Shown here in pieces: positions 1-12,296 of a stretch of 64,000 nucleotides of DNA. The notes under the pieces are model-generated. The model made no database searches. It was not told the DNA's origin and worked only from the letters and a program-made list of their open reading frames with translations. Each line of letters opens with the position of its first letter. Positions within the stretch are counted from its first letter, which is position 1. The DNA is from Anolis carolinensis (Eukaryota). Location of the stretch: contig NC_085846.1 of assembly GCF_035594765.1 (NCBI RefSeq), positions 10,465,190-10,529,189 on the forward strand. Reading direction: 5' to 3'. Both the position numbers and the translations under genes were made by a program.

Positions 1-492
1 CTTGTTAATAACATTGCACAAAATAGATTACATAACTCAGGGAAACATGAATTATCACTTGCAGTTTCTCCTGAACTTTACATATCACAGTAAACAGCAT
101 GTTATGAGCATGTTGCCTGGAAAATGCTTTGCTCTGTGTAAAACAACCATGTGTTAATTTTGCACAGAATATGGTCTTAGATGTGAATATGCTTTGAACA
201 ACTGCAGCAAGAAGAGTATTGCTCAAATTGGGTATTACATCTTCCAAGAAGAAAATGAATCAAGAATTCCATCTCTAGTCATAATAACGACAAGAAAAAC
301 TATTACAACAAAAATCTCTACTACAACTACAATTACTACTACTATATGTCCAAGAAGTGGCTGAGTCCTTTCCTGTCAGTCTTTCTCAGTCCCAACAACG
401 TTGCAGCCCATCAACCTAGCATGCCTATCTATATTATTGTATCTATCTAGCCTGAAACATGATTTATATAAGAATATTAAATATTAACTCAC

Positions 493-710
493 ACGATATC
501 ATCAACCAGTTCTTCAGAGGGATGTCTTTTGAATGTTATCAGGTCGGAGAACATGTAGAGCTGAGAAATAATCCCACCAACGAGGAGATCTCCAGAATGA
601 TAATACTTGTACTTAATGGGAAGTGGCCTACCAATGACACATTTAGCAACAGAAGTAAGGCTCACCGGTTTAGACAGTGCCACTAACACCAGGGCTATGA
701 ATGGTACCAT
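493..710 (-). CDS. Vmn2r: V2R gene A, exon 1 only (signal peptide and start of Venus-flytrap domain); gene continues off the left edge
   Basis: [13 protein letters not shown]...[15 protein letters not shown]...[13 protein letters not shown]; 218-nt phase-2 exon ending at donor GTGAGT (492-487); close paralog of exon 1 of gene C (27506-27723). Confidence 0.88.
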
Positions 711-2519
711 CTTGTACTAAAATGCACTAGACATGAATGCACGCTTCCAACATGGCTTATAAAATGTTACAGGTAATGACATCCTGGCAAGTACGCTATG
801 CATTCATGTACAGGATCCAACAAAGGGATGTCTGCTAATCTCTAACCCAGCTCTTAACAACATGGAGACTATTAATAGCATTCTTTGCCATTCTTTTGCC
901 ATGTTTGTTAGACTTCCTCAGGGATTTGAGAATGCGCAAAATCAATCGTGGTTATTTTGATAATTGCAGGGCAGGTAAAAATGGATTGTTATTAATTCTC
1001 CATGTTAATTCAAAAGAAAGCATATGGCATTGAATCCATATGAAGTAATACTTTGAATTGTCTCTCTAAAATAGCTGAGAATTATGTTTGTAATTGTTAA
1101 TCTTTGTATCATTCATTTCCCTGGGATTCATTTGGGAGTTCTCTGGGCTCATCTTTTGAATTACAAGGAAAGAATTGCTAGTCCCAACAAGAGTAAGTAA
1201 CACTGTTGTTTACTAAGGAAGTTCTTGTTGTTTCAGTTATTTCATTGTAGTTAGGACTGCTATTGACTTTATGCTGAAACAAATCTTTAGGATTATTCCA
1301 GACCAGGTGCCTTCAATACACTGACCTCAATCGAGACATGAGATACTTGAATCCAACTTTATTAACATTTTACAGGGAATATTTGCGTTATTAAAAACTG
1401 TTTAATTGTCAAATCATCCTTTCTACTTGCAAGTAAATACTTATATGTTCTTCTCAAGTAAAAAATAGAAAGTCAGAATGCCCAAAACATCTTATGGCCC
1501 ACTGCATTTGCACAAAATTGAACATACAGTAATGGGCATTATGGGTCCTGTCTGACCATATTCTCAAGCTACACACAATCCATCACACAATGTGCTGATG
1601 GTTTTCAGCACATTGTACCCAGACCTAGAAGCAGCAGGAAGGGGAGATTATTTTCTGTTTCCCAACAATGTGTTAGTTTCAGTTCTTATCGTATTCTCTC
1701 ATTCTTAAACGGGCAGATGTGTTTAAACCGCACGGTTACAACACTATTGTGGTTGGACCCGGGCGACCATCTGCATCTAGTCTAATCTGACCTGCAGCGA
1801 TGAGTTCCGCAGATCAGGAAGAGTCACGCTGAGACCAATTTGACTGTGCAAACATGCCCAGCAACCGCTTAAAAACTGTATCTTTTGCTTCCTCTCTGTG
1901 CCTTTCTAAGCCCTGGGCTTTGTAACCATCTCAAATAAGAGCTATTTTGTATCCCCTATGGCATGAGAGCATGAATTCCCTCTCGCGGCTCAGCCCTCCT
2001 TCCCTTTCCTCCCTCGCTGGGCGAGTCACGGAACAACAGGCTACCCCCAGCTTCTATTTCTGGCCATATCTCCTTTGTTTTGAACCCTAGCATGTTCATC
2101 TTTCATATTCCTTTCTAAAAACGCCTCACTGTCAAAAGGAGAGCACCTGCTCGCAAATTGATAAGGTTTTCGGACGCGGATCAGCTGATTGTCATCTGTC
2201 AAAAAACTGTCAAAACAGAGTTCCCTTGCATTGCGGCACAGTTTTCTCTGCAAGCGCAGGCATGCCAAAGTTCGGACTGCATGCGGGGGCCACCCAGAGC
2301 CCCTGCCCCCATCCATGAACTGCCCCCATCCCTGGAGTGCCCCCTCCCGCTGACCTTTTGACCCGAAGGGGTTGCTTCACCCAGAGAGCCACAGATTCGA
2401 CTCCTGTGGACTTTTATAATATTTTATGAATTCCACACCATAAAAGGCTTGGGAAACGAAGGCAAAATATTGTTCTTATATATGAATTATGTATCCTACC
2501 TGTTCCTTTTCTTTATCCT

Positions 2520-3202
2520 TGTGAAAAATGTCTTATATTAAAGAATGACCGAAACCTGACCTAGGAATTAAATGGACAAGTTGCAACACACCCCAGAGGG
2601 AGATAATTCCTCACACCAGGAAACTGTCAGATTCCCCTTGCATGGACAATAGATTAGGTTTTTTTCCCATTAAGACATCGGAGCAGGGCCATCTTTTGGG
2701 AAATCAGCCGTCCGGCTTCCAGGACCACTTAACAACAGGGACAATCCACAATCACCTCGGCTGTCAAAAACAAATGCAGCCCATCTGACTCACCACCGTC
2801 TGGCAGAGCCTGCCAGACAAAAATGTATATTTACACCCCAAGAAGCAGTCTAGAAACCCCTTCTGGACATTTACTCAATGACTCAATCATAATCCCTTGT
2901 TAATCCCCGGCAAGTCCATTGTTCCTATATAAGCCCGTCTCCTCATCCCTGATTGATGGGGGACCCCGAGGCGTAGGGAGTCCTCTGATTGGCCGAGGGT
3001 TCCCACCACCATCTTAAGGACCAATCAGCGCATAGGAGGGCGGGGAAAGGGGTAGCGCGAAATTCAACCCGTGCCTCCCATATTTTTTGTTATAAAAGTT
3101 GTTGATCTGTAAATGTATGTTATGAGTTCTTGACGAGCGATTGCAGATGTTATCCTTTTCAGCTGAAACTGAATAAAACAACTCTGTATTCTTTCTTCAA
3201 CA
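2520..3202 (+). mobile_element. Solo LTR (ERV-like), 683 bp
   Basis: TG...CA ends (TGTGAAAAA / TTCTTCAACA), 4-bp TSD TCCT at 2516-2519 and 3203-3206, CCAAT boxes (~2988, ~3021), GC box (~3039), TATAAAA (~3092), AATAAA (~3172). Confidence 0.8.
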
Positions 3203-3496
3203 TCCTGAGGGTGAGAAATTCTTTGGCTAAACCTTGATTGATCTATAGCGGCTCCCCCTCTTGCCAGGATCCTCAGACTCACACCCGAGAGAGGAGCAGG
3301 GGATTCCCTTCAAGAAGGAAATCCCTAACTAAAAGAGCTCGTTATCACTATGATTCCATCTTGCAGCAAAAACAATCTGTTCCCCTACCACATCATTAAT
3401 TCCATGCAAGCGTGGAGTCATGTCAGCATAGCTTCGCATTTTGATTAATCCCGCCCAGAGGAGAGCTTTGGTGACTGCAAGGTTACCAAATACCAA

Positions 3497-4090
3497 TGCA
3501 TAAATAGGGGTATAGCATCTAGATCCAGGGAAGTCATGCTACCCCTCTATTCCGCTTTGGTCAGACCACACCTGGAATACTGTGTCCAATTCTGGGCACC
3601 GCAATTGAAGGGAGATGTTGACAAGCTGGAAAGCATCCAGAGGAGGGCAACTAAAATGATCAAGGGTCTGGAGAACAAGCACTATGAGGAGCGGCTTAAA
3701 GAACTAGGCATGTTTAGCCCGCAGAAGAGAAGGCTGAGACATGATAGCCATGTAGAAATACGTGAAGGGAAGTCATAGGGAAGAGGGAGCAAGCTTGTTT
3801 TCTGCTGCCCTGGAGACTAGGACGCAGAATAATGGCTTCAAACCACAGGAAAGGAGATTCCACCTGAACATCAAGAAGAACTTCCTTACTGTGAGGGCTG
3901 TTCAGCAGTGGAACTCTCTGCCCTGGAGTGTGGTGGAGGCTCCTCCTTTGGAGGCTTTTAAGCAGAGGCTGGATGGCCATTTGTCGGGGGTGCTTTGAAT
4001 GCGAATTCCTGCTTCTTTGCAGGGGGTTGGACTGGATGGCCCATGAGGTCTCTTCCAACTCTATTATTCTATGATTCTATGATTCTATGA
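3497..4090 (+). mobile_element. CR1 LINE 3' fragment
   Basis: RT C-terminus [17 protein letters not shown]..., frameshifted; (ATTCTATG)n tail at ~4066-4090; near copy of the 3' end of the CR1 at 16390-19490. Confidence 0.92.
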
Positions 4091-4312
4091 ATGTTTTGTC
4101 ATCAGCTCTTTTGGATGGGAGATATAAAAAACTGGAAATTTCCAATAGGGTTTGTTCTTGTGCCTTGGTTTCTGTTGAAAAACTTCATCATTCTCTGTTT
4201 GTTTGCCCCAAATATGATAATATACAGATGAAATATAGGAATTAAATATACAAGGATCCAATATCTCTTCAACCCTGATAAGTCATTCATTGTAGACATG
4301 ACTGATTTAGAT

Positions 4313-4447
4313 CAGTGTTTCTCAGACTCTGCTTCTCCAGGTGTTTTGGATTTCAGTTCCCAGAAATCCCAGCCAGCTTACCAGCTGTTAAGAATTGTGG
4401 GAGTTGAAGTCTAAAACATCTGGAGGAGCACAGTTTGAGAAACACTA
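4313..4447. mobile_element. hAT-type palindromic MITE (~135 bp)
   Basis: CAGTGTTTCTCA...TGAGAAACACTA termini; 8-bp TSD ATTTAGAT/ATCTAGAT; related copies at 12297, 33492, 63648. Confidence 0.8.
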
Positions 4448-5224
4448 ATCTAGATGTACCTGTTAGAATTGATCATTTCTTAAGCAACAAGTAGTGCAGG
4501 GATCAGGGCAGCAAGCAGTAGGAGCCAGGCCACCTGACAAGCATTAAGCAGTTGCAGCCAGGATGGGGTAACTGCTGGGACAATAAAGGAGTAAAAAAGC
4601 GTTACTTCTTGTTCGTGTTTGGAGGAGTTGGTGATATTGGGAGGAATTGGAGATGTGGAAGATTTTCTGAAGGTGTTGCAAGACACGAGTTCTGAGACGC
4701 TCTGTTTAGATCTACTTTTTTTTATATAAAACTCTACTACATGCTACTTGGTCAAAGGGAAAAAGTTCTGCATCTGTGTGTGTCTACACATTAATCTTCA
4801 TTGCAACACTACCAATATTCTGATGTTAACTATTTATGCTATTCTAGGCTGTATTTTGGGATAAGGCATTTACATGACAGTTGAACATGTTAAATTTTAA
4901 AATGATAAAACATAGTAAAATTAATGACAACAGCATATAACATTGAAAGCAACAGCAGTAAAACTCCGCTGAACAATCCAATCTTGAATGCATTTGATAC
5001 AATAAGAATCTCCAGTTAAAACACCAACAAGAGCTGAGTCTATTTAGCCTTTGAGATCAGGAATGGATAGTGCCTTTAGGGTATTTCAGCTACCCAAACG
5101 TGTCTGTATATCTGAAATTTCTGATGACTTCAATACATGTATGTATATCAAAATAGCAGCAAGGCAGTCAGTCACAACTGACTAAACCCCACTCTTTAGA
5201 ATGGGACATGGCTTGAATTGAACC

Positions 5225-8200
5225 TCACTTTCTTTTCTGTATTACTAGCTGTCCTTGCTTGTTTAATGTGGGGTGCACCAATATAATGAAACATTTTGGA
5301 GAAAAAATGCAACCCAGTAAACCAACACTAGAGGCTAAGATGGAGAAGATCTCCACAGCCACTGTGTATTTTCCCTTGGTGCTCAAATAGGCTGGAACAA
5401 AGCATAACCAAACACTACAGAAGAGCAGCATGCTAAAGGTGATACATTTAGCTTCATTAAAACTGTCTGGCAATTTTCTGGCTAAGAAGGCCACGGTGAA
5501 GCTGATGAAGGCTAGCATCCCCATGAAGCCCAGGACACAGGAGAACAGAACGGTGGACCCTTCGTTACATTCCAGCACAATTTCTGTAGCCATGGAGCGT
5601 GTGTCCAAATCTGGGAATGGGGGAGAGATTGCCAGCCACACCAGGCAAATAATGGTTTGAATAAAGGAAGAGGAAATGACAATGGAGCTGGCCAGTCTTC
5701 TCCCTATCCATTTCCTCATCCTAGACCCTGGTTTGGTGGCCAGGAAAGCTAGAACCACAATGGTGGTTTTGGCCAAAATGCAAGAAACGGCCACCGAGAA
5801 GATGACCCCAAAAACAGTCTGTCGAAGGAGACAGGTCACCTTCTGAGGTTCACCAATGAAAAGGAAAGTGGAAAGGAAGGAGAGCAGGAGGGCAAGGAGG
5901 AGAGTGTAGCTGAGACTGCGATTGTTGGCTTTGACGATGGGGGTATCTGAGTATTTAAGGAAGACCGCAAGCACCAAGATGGTAATGAAAGAAAAGGAGA
6001 CTGCAAGAGTGGTCAAAGCAATTCCCAAAGGCTCTTCATAACTCAAGAAGCTTCTGCTTTTCTGAATGCAAAAGTCCTTGGCATTGTTTGAATATTGATC
6101 TTCCTGGCATTCAATACAGTCATCCATATCTGGAAAAGAAACCAAAGTGTATTTACAAGAGGAAAACCTAGCCATGACAGAAAACATTAAACATGTTTTT
6201 ATATTATACAGCTCACCTTGCTGATTTGAAATCTTTCCTTCTGGACATGGAAGGCAACTATAGCAACAAAATGGCATCCCTTCCATCTTAATCTTACTAT
6301 AGCCTTCTTGACACTTTTCATTACATATGGAAATGGGCTGCACCTATGAATAAATGGAAATAAAATGTTTTTATTTTAAAAATTATTTCTATTAGTTGCT
6401 CTAGTCTAGAGTTACACAATGGTTATATGCTGGTATTGCATGGAGAGTATTTAGAATACAGACCACAGCCTGGACATATTACTGTACTAGAATCTTTGGC
6501 CTATGCATAATATCAAATGTTAAGGAATTGTTGGGAGGGGGGCTCAAATCATGTAGAAGCTTAAACATGTAAACTTCTTCCATTCACTCATCTCTATGAT
6601 CAACAACTTAATGTGAAAGATAGGGCCAGTGAAACATGTGACATTGCTTTAAGTTCCCTTGACTGTGTAGAGTGCTCATCATGTATAGGACATTTCAAGA
6701 GAGCTAGTGATAACATGGGCCTGCAAAACCTAGGGTCATAAAAATATTTTTAATGTATATTGATTTTATAGGAATTTTGGATTCATGCTCCAAAAATGAC
6801 CTCAGATTTGGTGCATCATGGACATTTTTTCACAACTTGATTTGACATTTTGTTTCAGTGATAAGTCATTGACCAAAGAGTAAATAGTAAGAAAGTGGTT
6901 AAACTATTAAAGACTTCTAACAGATGTTCAAAACATGTTGATTTGCTGTTATAAAACACAAAAATCTGTTCGAAAGCTCTGTAACATCAGCATCAAAATG
7001 GAGTAACAACTGAATTGACAAAATATTGAATTTGTGAAAGAACTTTATGAGATATAACATTCTTTGTGTATTTTTTAAATTCAGCACCCCAAATCCATCA
7101 AAACCTGTTAAATTTTTGAAAAATGTCTTTTTTTATCATTGGAGGCCTGTGTATTAAGAATTTCATGAGCGTAAGAAGTAAGATATGGTTTGAAAAGACC
7201 TACCATGCTGGGCCAGGTGATACCACTTGAAGAAATACTTAACCTTTGCTCAAATGGAACATGCGGATCAATCGTTCCAATTTTTACTTTGAGAATGGAA
7301 AGGTTTGAAAATGTGACCCAGTTGATAATGTCAAAACCAGCTTCTATTTCTCCATTTTTGTTAAAGGAAACTTTTCTCCCAGCACTATTGTTAAATGAAA
7401 CACTTCTCAAATAGTGGTGGAGCTATGCAGAATGACAAGAAGGTAGATGATAAAGGCAACAAGAGCATGCAAAGATCCAAAATAGAGAAGATCTATTGGA
7501 TGAGCTGGGGAGATTCTTCACTGGCCACAAAATCTAGGTCCAGTTCAGAACATAAATGCTTCAGTTGGGTCTCAGAGGCCTGCTGGCAAAACCTGCTGTT
7601 GTACTGTCTACACAATCCTGCTGGCCTAAGACCATATTGATCACATTGGATCTTTACTTCAAACTTTGTGGTGTTGCCACCACACCTAGAGAACTACTGA
7701 GCTCTCAGATCCAAGTCATTGTGGGCACCCTGTTCCACATCAACTGATCTGAATGACTAGCAAAAAGGATAGCAATGTCCACTCTTTCTTGCAGGCTGTC
7801 ACCCTGTCAGAACCCTTTAAAGACTATGGTTAGGCTATGGGTAGGTGCTCAGATGGAGCTTTGTAACCATCTAACAGCAATGACATTGCCAGCATAGGCA
7901 CAAGTTCTTGTCCATTTTGCTGCATTGTCCAGGGGGTGGCAGCAGGGGAATTGGGACTTAATGGGAGGTCATCCACCTGTCTAGACTGTCCCCAAGATCC
8001 ATGATACCCCAGAATATCCCTCATATGTGCAACACTCAGTGATGACACAGTGGAGATGACAGTCCAATAGAATGAATGTGGTCTTGGGCCATCTGCACAA
8101 TGGCCCCGAATCTGGCATGTAAATCTCCTGGTGTATATGAGTCCCTAGTTGAACATCCAGATAACTCATCAGACCCTTTGAACAAAGTACAAGATGGGGG

Positions 8201-11200
8201 AAACCTAAACACCACACACAAATGCACAGGACCCTACCTGCCACAGCTGTTGCTGCATCTGTCTCTTCCCATCTTGAATTCCACTGTGTTTAACATTGTA
8301 TGAGTGCATAGCTTGCAAAGCATGGGCCACCGCATAGACAGCATTGTAGACACTGTAGCTATGAGCAGTCATGGTCATTTCGAACAAAGACCCAGGAAGG
8401 GTTTCTAATTTCTCCTCTCCAGTGCAGATGTTTCCTATGTCCTCATTTGAGGCAGTGCTTGGGAAAGAACACTGAAACGTCAGTTCCCAAAAGACCCTCA
8501 TCAAGCTCTCCTGATTCTCCAAAGCAGGGTTCATGGTCTGAAGGAATTCCTGGAATCCTGAGACCTCATTTGAGGAAACTGCAAGAGACATTGCACCATG
8601 GAAGAAGTGTAGGCTAAAATATCTTTGAAAAGGAATGGATGTAAATTCAATCTGGGCTGTCATGATCCAGACTTTGTTCTTGGATGGTCCCTCATCAAAT
8701 TCTGCACTATGGAAGACCATTCTCAAAACCACTATGCATTGATTTTCACAATATAAGATGACAACATTGGCAGTGCTTCTTGCAATAATCCCATGTATTT
8801 CATAATACCTCAATACGAGATTCTCAATGTTAGTGGAAAAAGACTCTCGAGGTAATTCTTTTATAAAATCAAAGCAGATACCTTTCTGATGGAACATGGG
8901 AAGTATGTCATGTACAAATTTTTCACCACTGTCATTACCTATATAAACCACTCCAACCCAAGTCCACTTAAAATTCAAGAGTAAATGGAGAATGCCTTCA
9001 TTCTGATGGTACTCATTGGGGAACATCTGGTGGAGTGAAGCAGCTTGGGCATTATTATTCATCACAGGAGCAGATCCATATATGATCTTAAGAAAGAAAA
9101 GCAAAAACAGAAATGAAGTAATGGATTTCGAATATAAAAGGCTCATATCTTTATTTCACAGTGTACATGTGTTATTACCATAGACAAACAGTGCCATTTC
9201 CACCCAGATATCAATAAACGTTGCATGGTCAGCCAAAGCAATATCCCTGGCCAAATATTGCACTTTCCCCCATTATTATACAATATGATTTTCAATCAAA
9301 TATTTTATTTTCCATTACTGGCTAGGGGACAAGATCTTTCCTTCCATATATACAAATCCTTCAAGAACCCTTTCCAAAAGCCTTACAAACAAAATACAGT
9401 TTGAACATTCCTTATTCAGAATTCTAAACTCGGATGTACCACAAAATCTGAAATTGTCCCCATGAGTGGCTGAGATAGGGCCATCTTTGCTTCCTGGTGG
9501 TTCAGTGTACACAAACTTTCTTTCATGCACAAAAGTATTTGAAGAATTTCTTACCATTATCTTCAGATAATATAAGGTGTATCTGAAACATAACTTAATG
9601 CCATGTTTAGATTTGTGTCCCATCTACAAGATATCTCATTATACATTTATATGCAAAAATACATATTCAAAATCCAAAATTCAAAACTCTTCTGGTTTCA
9701 AACATTACAAATAAGGGATGCTTAAAACTGAAGAGTACACAATTTTCTTCACAAGAAACATGTTGCTGCCTCCCAACATACTCAAACATAAACATAACAA
9801 TGCTGCATGAATTCCGCCAACCCATTCAAACTAGAATTGTTTCACTTTTAGCTTTATATTTATATTGATTTATGCATAAATATAGATATCATCTTTATGT
9901 ATTATATTCTAACTGAGCAGGAAGGCATTATTGGTTTTCTGAGTCAGATATATTATTTTATTTTTTTATTTTTTTTACCTTTCACCATACACGACCGGAG
10001 GCAACTCCACATTCTGCTTAATGATAGGAAAGAGACTGGAAGACTCAATCAGAGGTCAATTTGGGTCTGAAGTTGATCTTGAAAAAGTGAACAACTGAGA
10101 CATAATTTCCCATTTTAAAAATCCAGAGGGTTTTCTTTTAGAGGAATAGAGGAACATCTCATGCATTGATTATTGAAACCCCAAACAAAGACCACTGCTT
10201 TATTGATATGCAGAATAACAGGTTGCCTGATTATTTCAACTGGTTTCTATCTTGAAACCATACAAAAGTGATCTAAACAAGAAAGACGGAGTAAAGGGTT
10301 CTTGGAGTCCAAAGTTTCATGAGTGTGTCTTACCTGTGGGACCTTGTAAAGGTTCAAAATGCTTGCCACGTACTGACAGAACTGGGGGTTAGGACCCACG
10401 ATAACAGAAACGGTGTTGTCCTTGTCATCACACTTGTAATTTGGGATGAATCTGCCATGGGTGGAAAGAAGTTCCATCGAAGCTAGATAAGTCCACCTTG
10501 CCATGAAATAGTTGTTGAAGACATGGATGCCCAGGGTGATATTAGGTAAGATGTGGGAATTTGCATTGATCTCCTGCACAGCAAACGTCAAAGCCAGGAT
10601 GTGCTGATAATTTTGACTAAAGAACCTATAAAGAGAATTAAATCATTAGTCACAAAGCATCTCTTTCAGAATATGAAATCTGCAACTGATTTAATATAGC
10701 CTGTGATTGATATTGTAGAAAAATACTGAAGATGGTAAAGACAATCAAGAAATGCATGTTGGGACCAAGACTTCTGTGAATAACAGCTGACTGGCAAGAT
10801 GGATCTGAGAGCCACAAAACACAGAAACAGAACCTTATTCAAACACAGTTTCAAGCACATATTGCTTTATTTGTATTGAAATTTAAATGACTATGCAACC
10901 TTTCTTTGTTTTGTTGCATTTAGGTACTAGACAAATGATTAACTAATCATTAAATGTAAGTTAAAATGAACAAGGGTAAAGCCGAAGATAGCATGACTGA
11001 GAGCAAAAAAATGGAAATGTAACATCAATGAATGATAGTAGGAAAAAAGAGGAAATAATCAGGAATAGAGGGGGACACAGTATCCTTTCTATAAAATTAT
11101 ATGGTAACAATAGTAAGAGCAGCATAAGCAACAATGGAAACAACAGCCTTCATGATTCTCATCATTGAGACAGGTAAAGTAACAGTATATATATCAAACT

Positions 11201-11476
11201 AGTCTTCTTGAAACCAGTCTATGATCTTAAGGAATGGTTACAAATAACTACCCCATACATGAGCTCATCAGAGTGTTCTGCAGAAGGATGTCTTCTAAAT
11301 GTCATCAGCTCAGAGAATCTGTAGATCTGAGAAATAACGCCAGCAATGAGCAGATCTCCTGAATAATATTGCCTGTGCCTAATAGAGAGAGGATTGCCAG
11401 CACCACATTTAGCCACAGGCTTATTGCACAAGACATGCAGCAGGACTATGAATACAGATGATGTGAAGAGGAACAT
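5225..11476 (-). CDS. Vmn2r: V2R gene B, intact vomeronasal type-2 receptor (~869 aa), 6 exons: 11259-11476, 10334-10625, 8238-9086, 7204-7422, 6217-6343, 5225-6129
   Basis: All introns GT-AG with phases 2,0,0,0,1; summed CDS 2610 nt, open. Motifs: [36 protein letters not shown] cysteine-rich domain, [21 protein letters not shown], 7TM. Confidence 0.93.
9397..9730. mobile_element. Old Tc1/mariner (Tigger-like) MITE in intron 2 of gene B; corresponding copy at ~36635-36957 in gene D
   Basis: TA-CAG(T/C)TTGAACATTCCTTAT start and ATAAGGGATGCTTAAAACTG end; same position in both paralogs, so predates the duplication. Confidence 0.55.
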
Positions 11477-11700
11477 CTTTTATGCAAATCCACCGCCAAG
11501 TCATGGGTTCATCCTTCCAACATTGTCAATGTGTTCTATTTGCCTGAATATGTCCGCCATGGGCTTACTGATCTCAAGTACTACAAGGAATCAGGCAAAT
11601 AAAACTGTGTCTGTCTCCACTCTGAATATTAATACTAGGAGTATTAATACAAACTCTCCGCCTGAACACAGTGTTTTCCTTTGTTCTCTGATCTTTCTAG

Positions 11701-11738
11701 AGCCCTGAGAGGTAGTTATTTTCAAAATTATAGGGTAG
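11701..11738 (-). promoter_or_regulatory. Conserved upstream motif of the V2R genes (copies at 951-974, 11715-11738, 27983-28006, 40169-40192)
   Basis: GTTATT(T/A)T(G/C)A(T/A)AATT(GC/AT)AGGG(C/T)AG lies ~215-260 bp upstream of the ATG in all four minus-strand genes; function inferred only. Confidence 0.45.
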
Positions 11739-12296
11739 TAGTAACCAATTATATTCTTTTTTCCTTCGTGTGCAACAGTGAAGGAGAAACCATGTTGATC
11801 CCCATCTCAGAAGAAGTCAGCAGGGATTACCAAAGGAAAACAAGGGTTTCCAATGAAAAATGAGAAAGGGTCAAGCATTGGAATGACCAATCCAGAAAAA
11901 GTGGGAAAAGTTGCCTATGTTTGTAAACACATTTTGTTCAAGTTGTGAACTAGGCCAGATTTGCAAGATGAGAAAGCTTAAAAATCCAAATGAAAACTTC
12001 CATTAAGTTGGGATAATTAAACCTGTGGTTGGTTTCATAGAATTTTTAACTACTTCATAATGAAACTGCCTCTCTTTCTTCCTCCTCCTCTTCCGCCATT
12101 ACTATTAACAGCATTAGTGTCAGTTATAGACAGGCCTGTCTGGCATGATAGAAAGAAGGGTTTACTTTATTTGTGCATTTGTTTATTTGTTTAGTATGCC
12201 ACCAATTGTGAAACTTCGGAGATTCGAGTTAAGAATTGGAACGGGGCCCCTCTGAATCTTTACAAATCAGAGCTGGGGCCATCCAAATCTCTAAAC

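Noticed and set aside
1-710. Exon 1 of gene A as an orphan exon, since exon 2 is not ~300 bp downstream as in gene C
   Set aside because: The fragment at 30800-31157 shows A-type intron 1 is simply longer; exon 2 probably lies left of the window and cannot be judged here.
6130-6216. ORF 5225-6343 reads through intron 5 of gene B (87 nt, in frame, no stop), suggesting a retained-intron isoform
   Set aside because: The same intron in paralog D is 85 nt (out of frame) and both have normal GT-AG sites, so read-through is probably coincidental.
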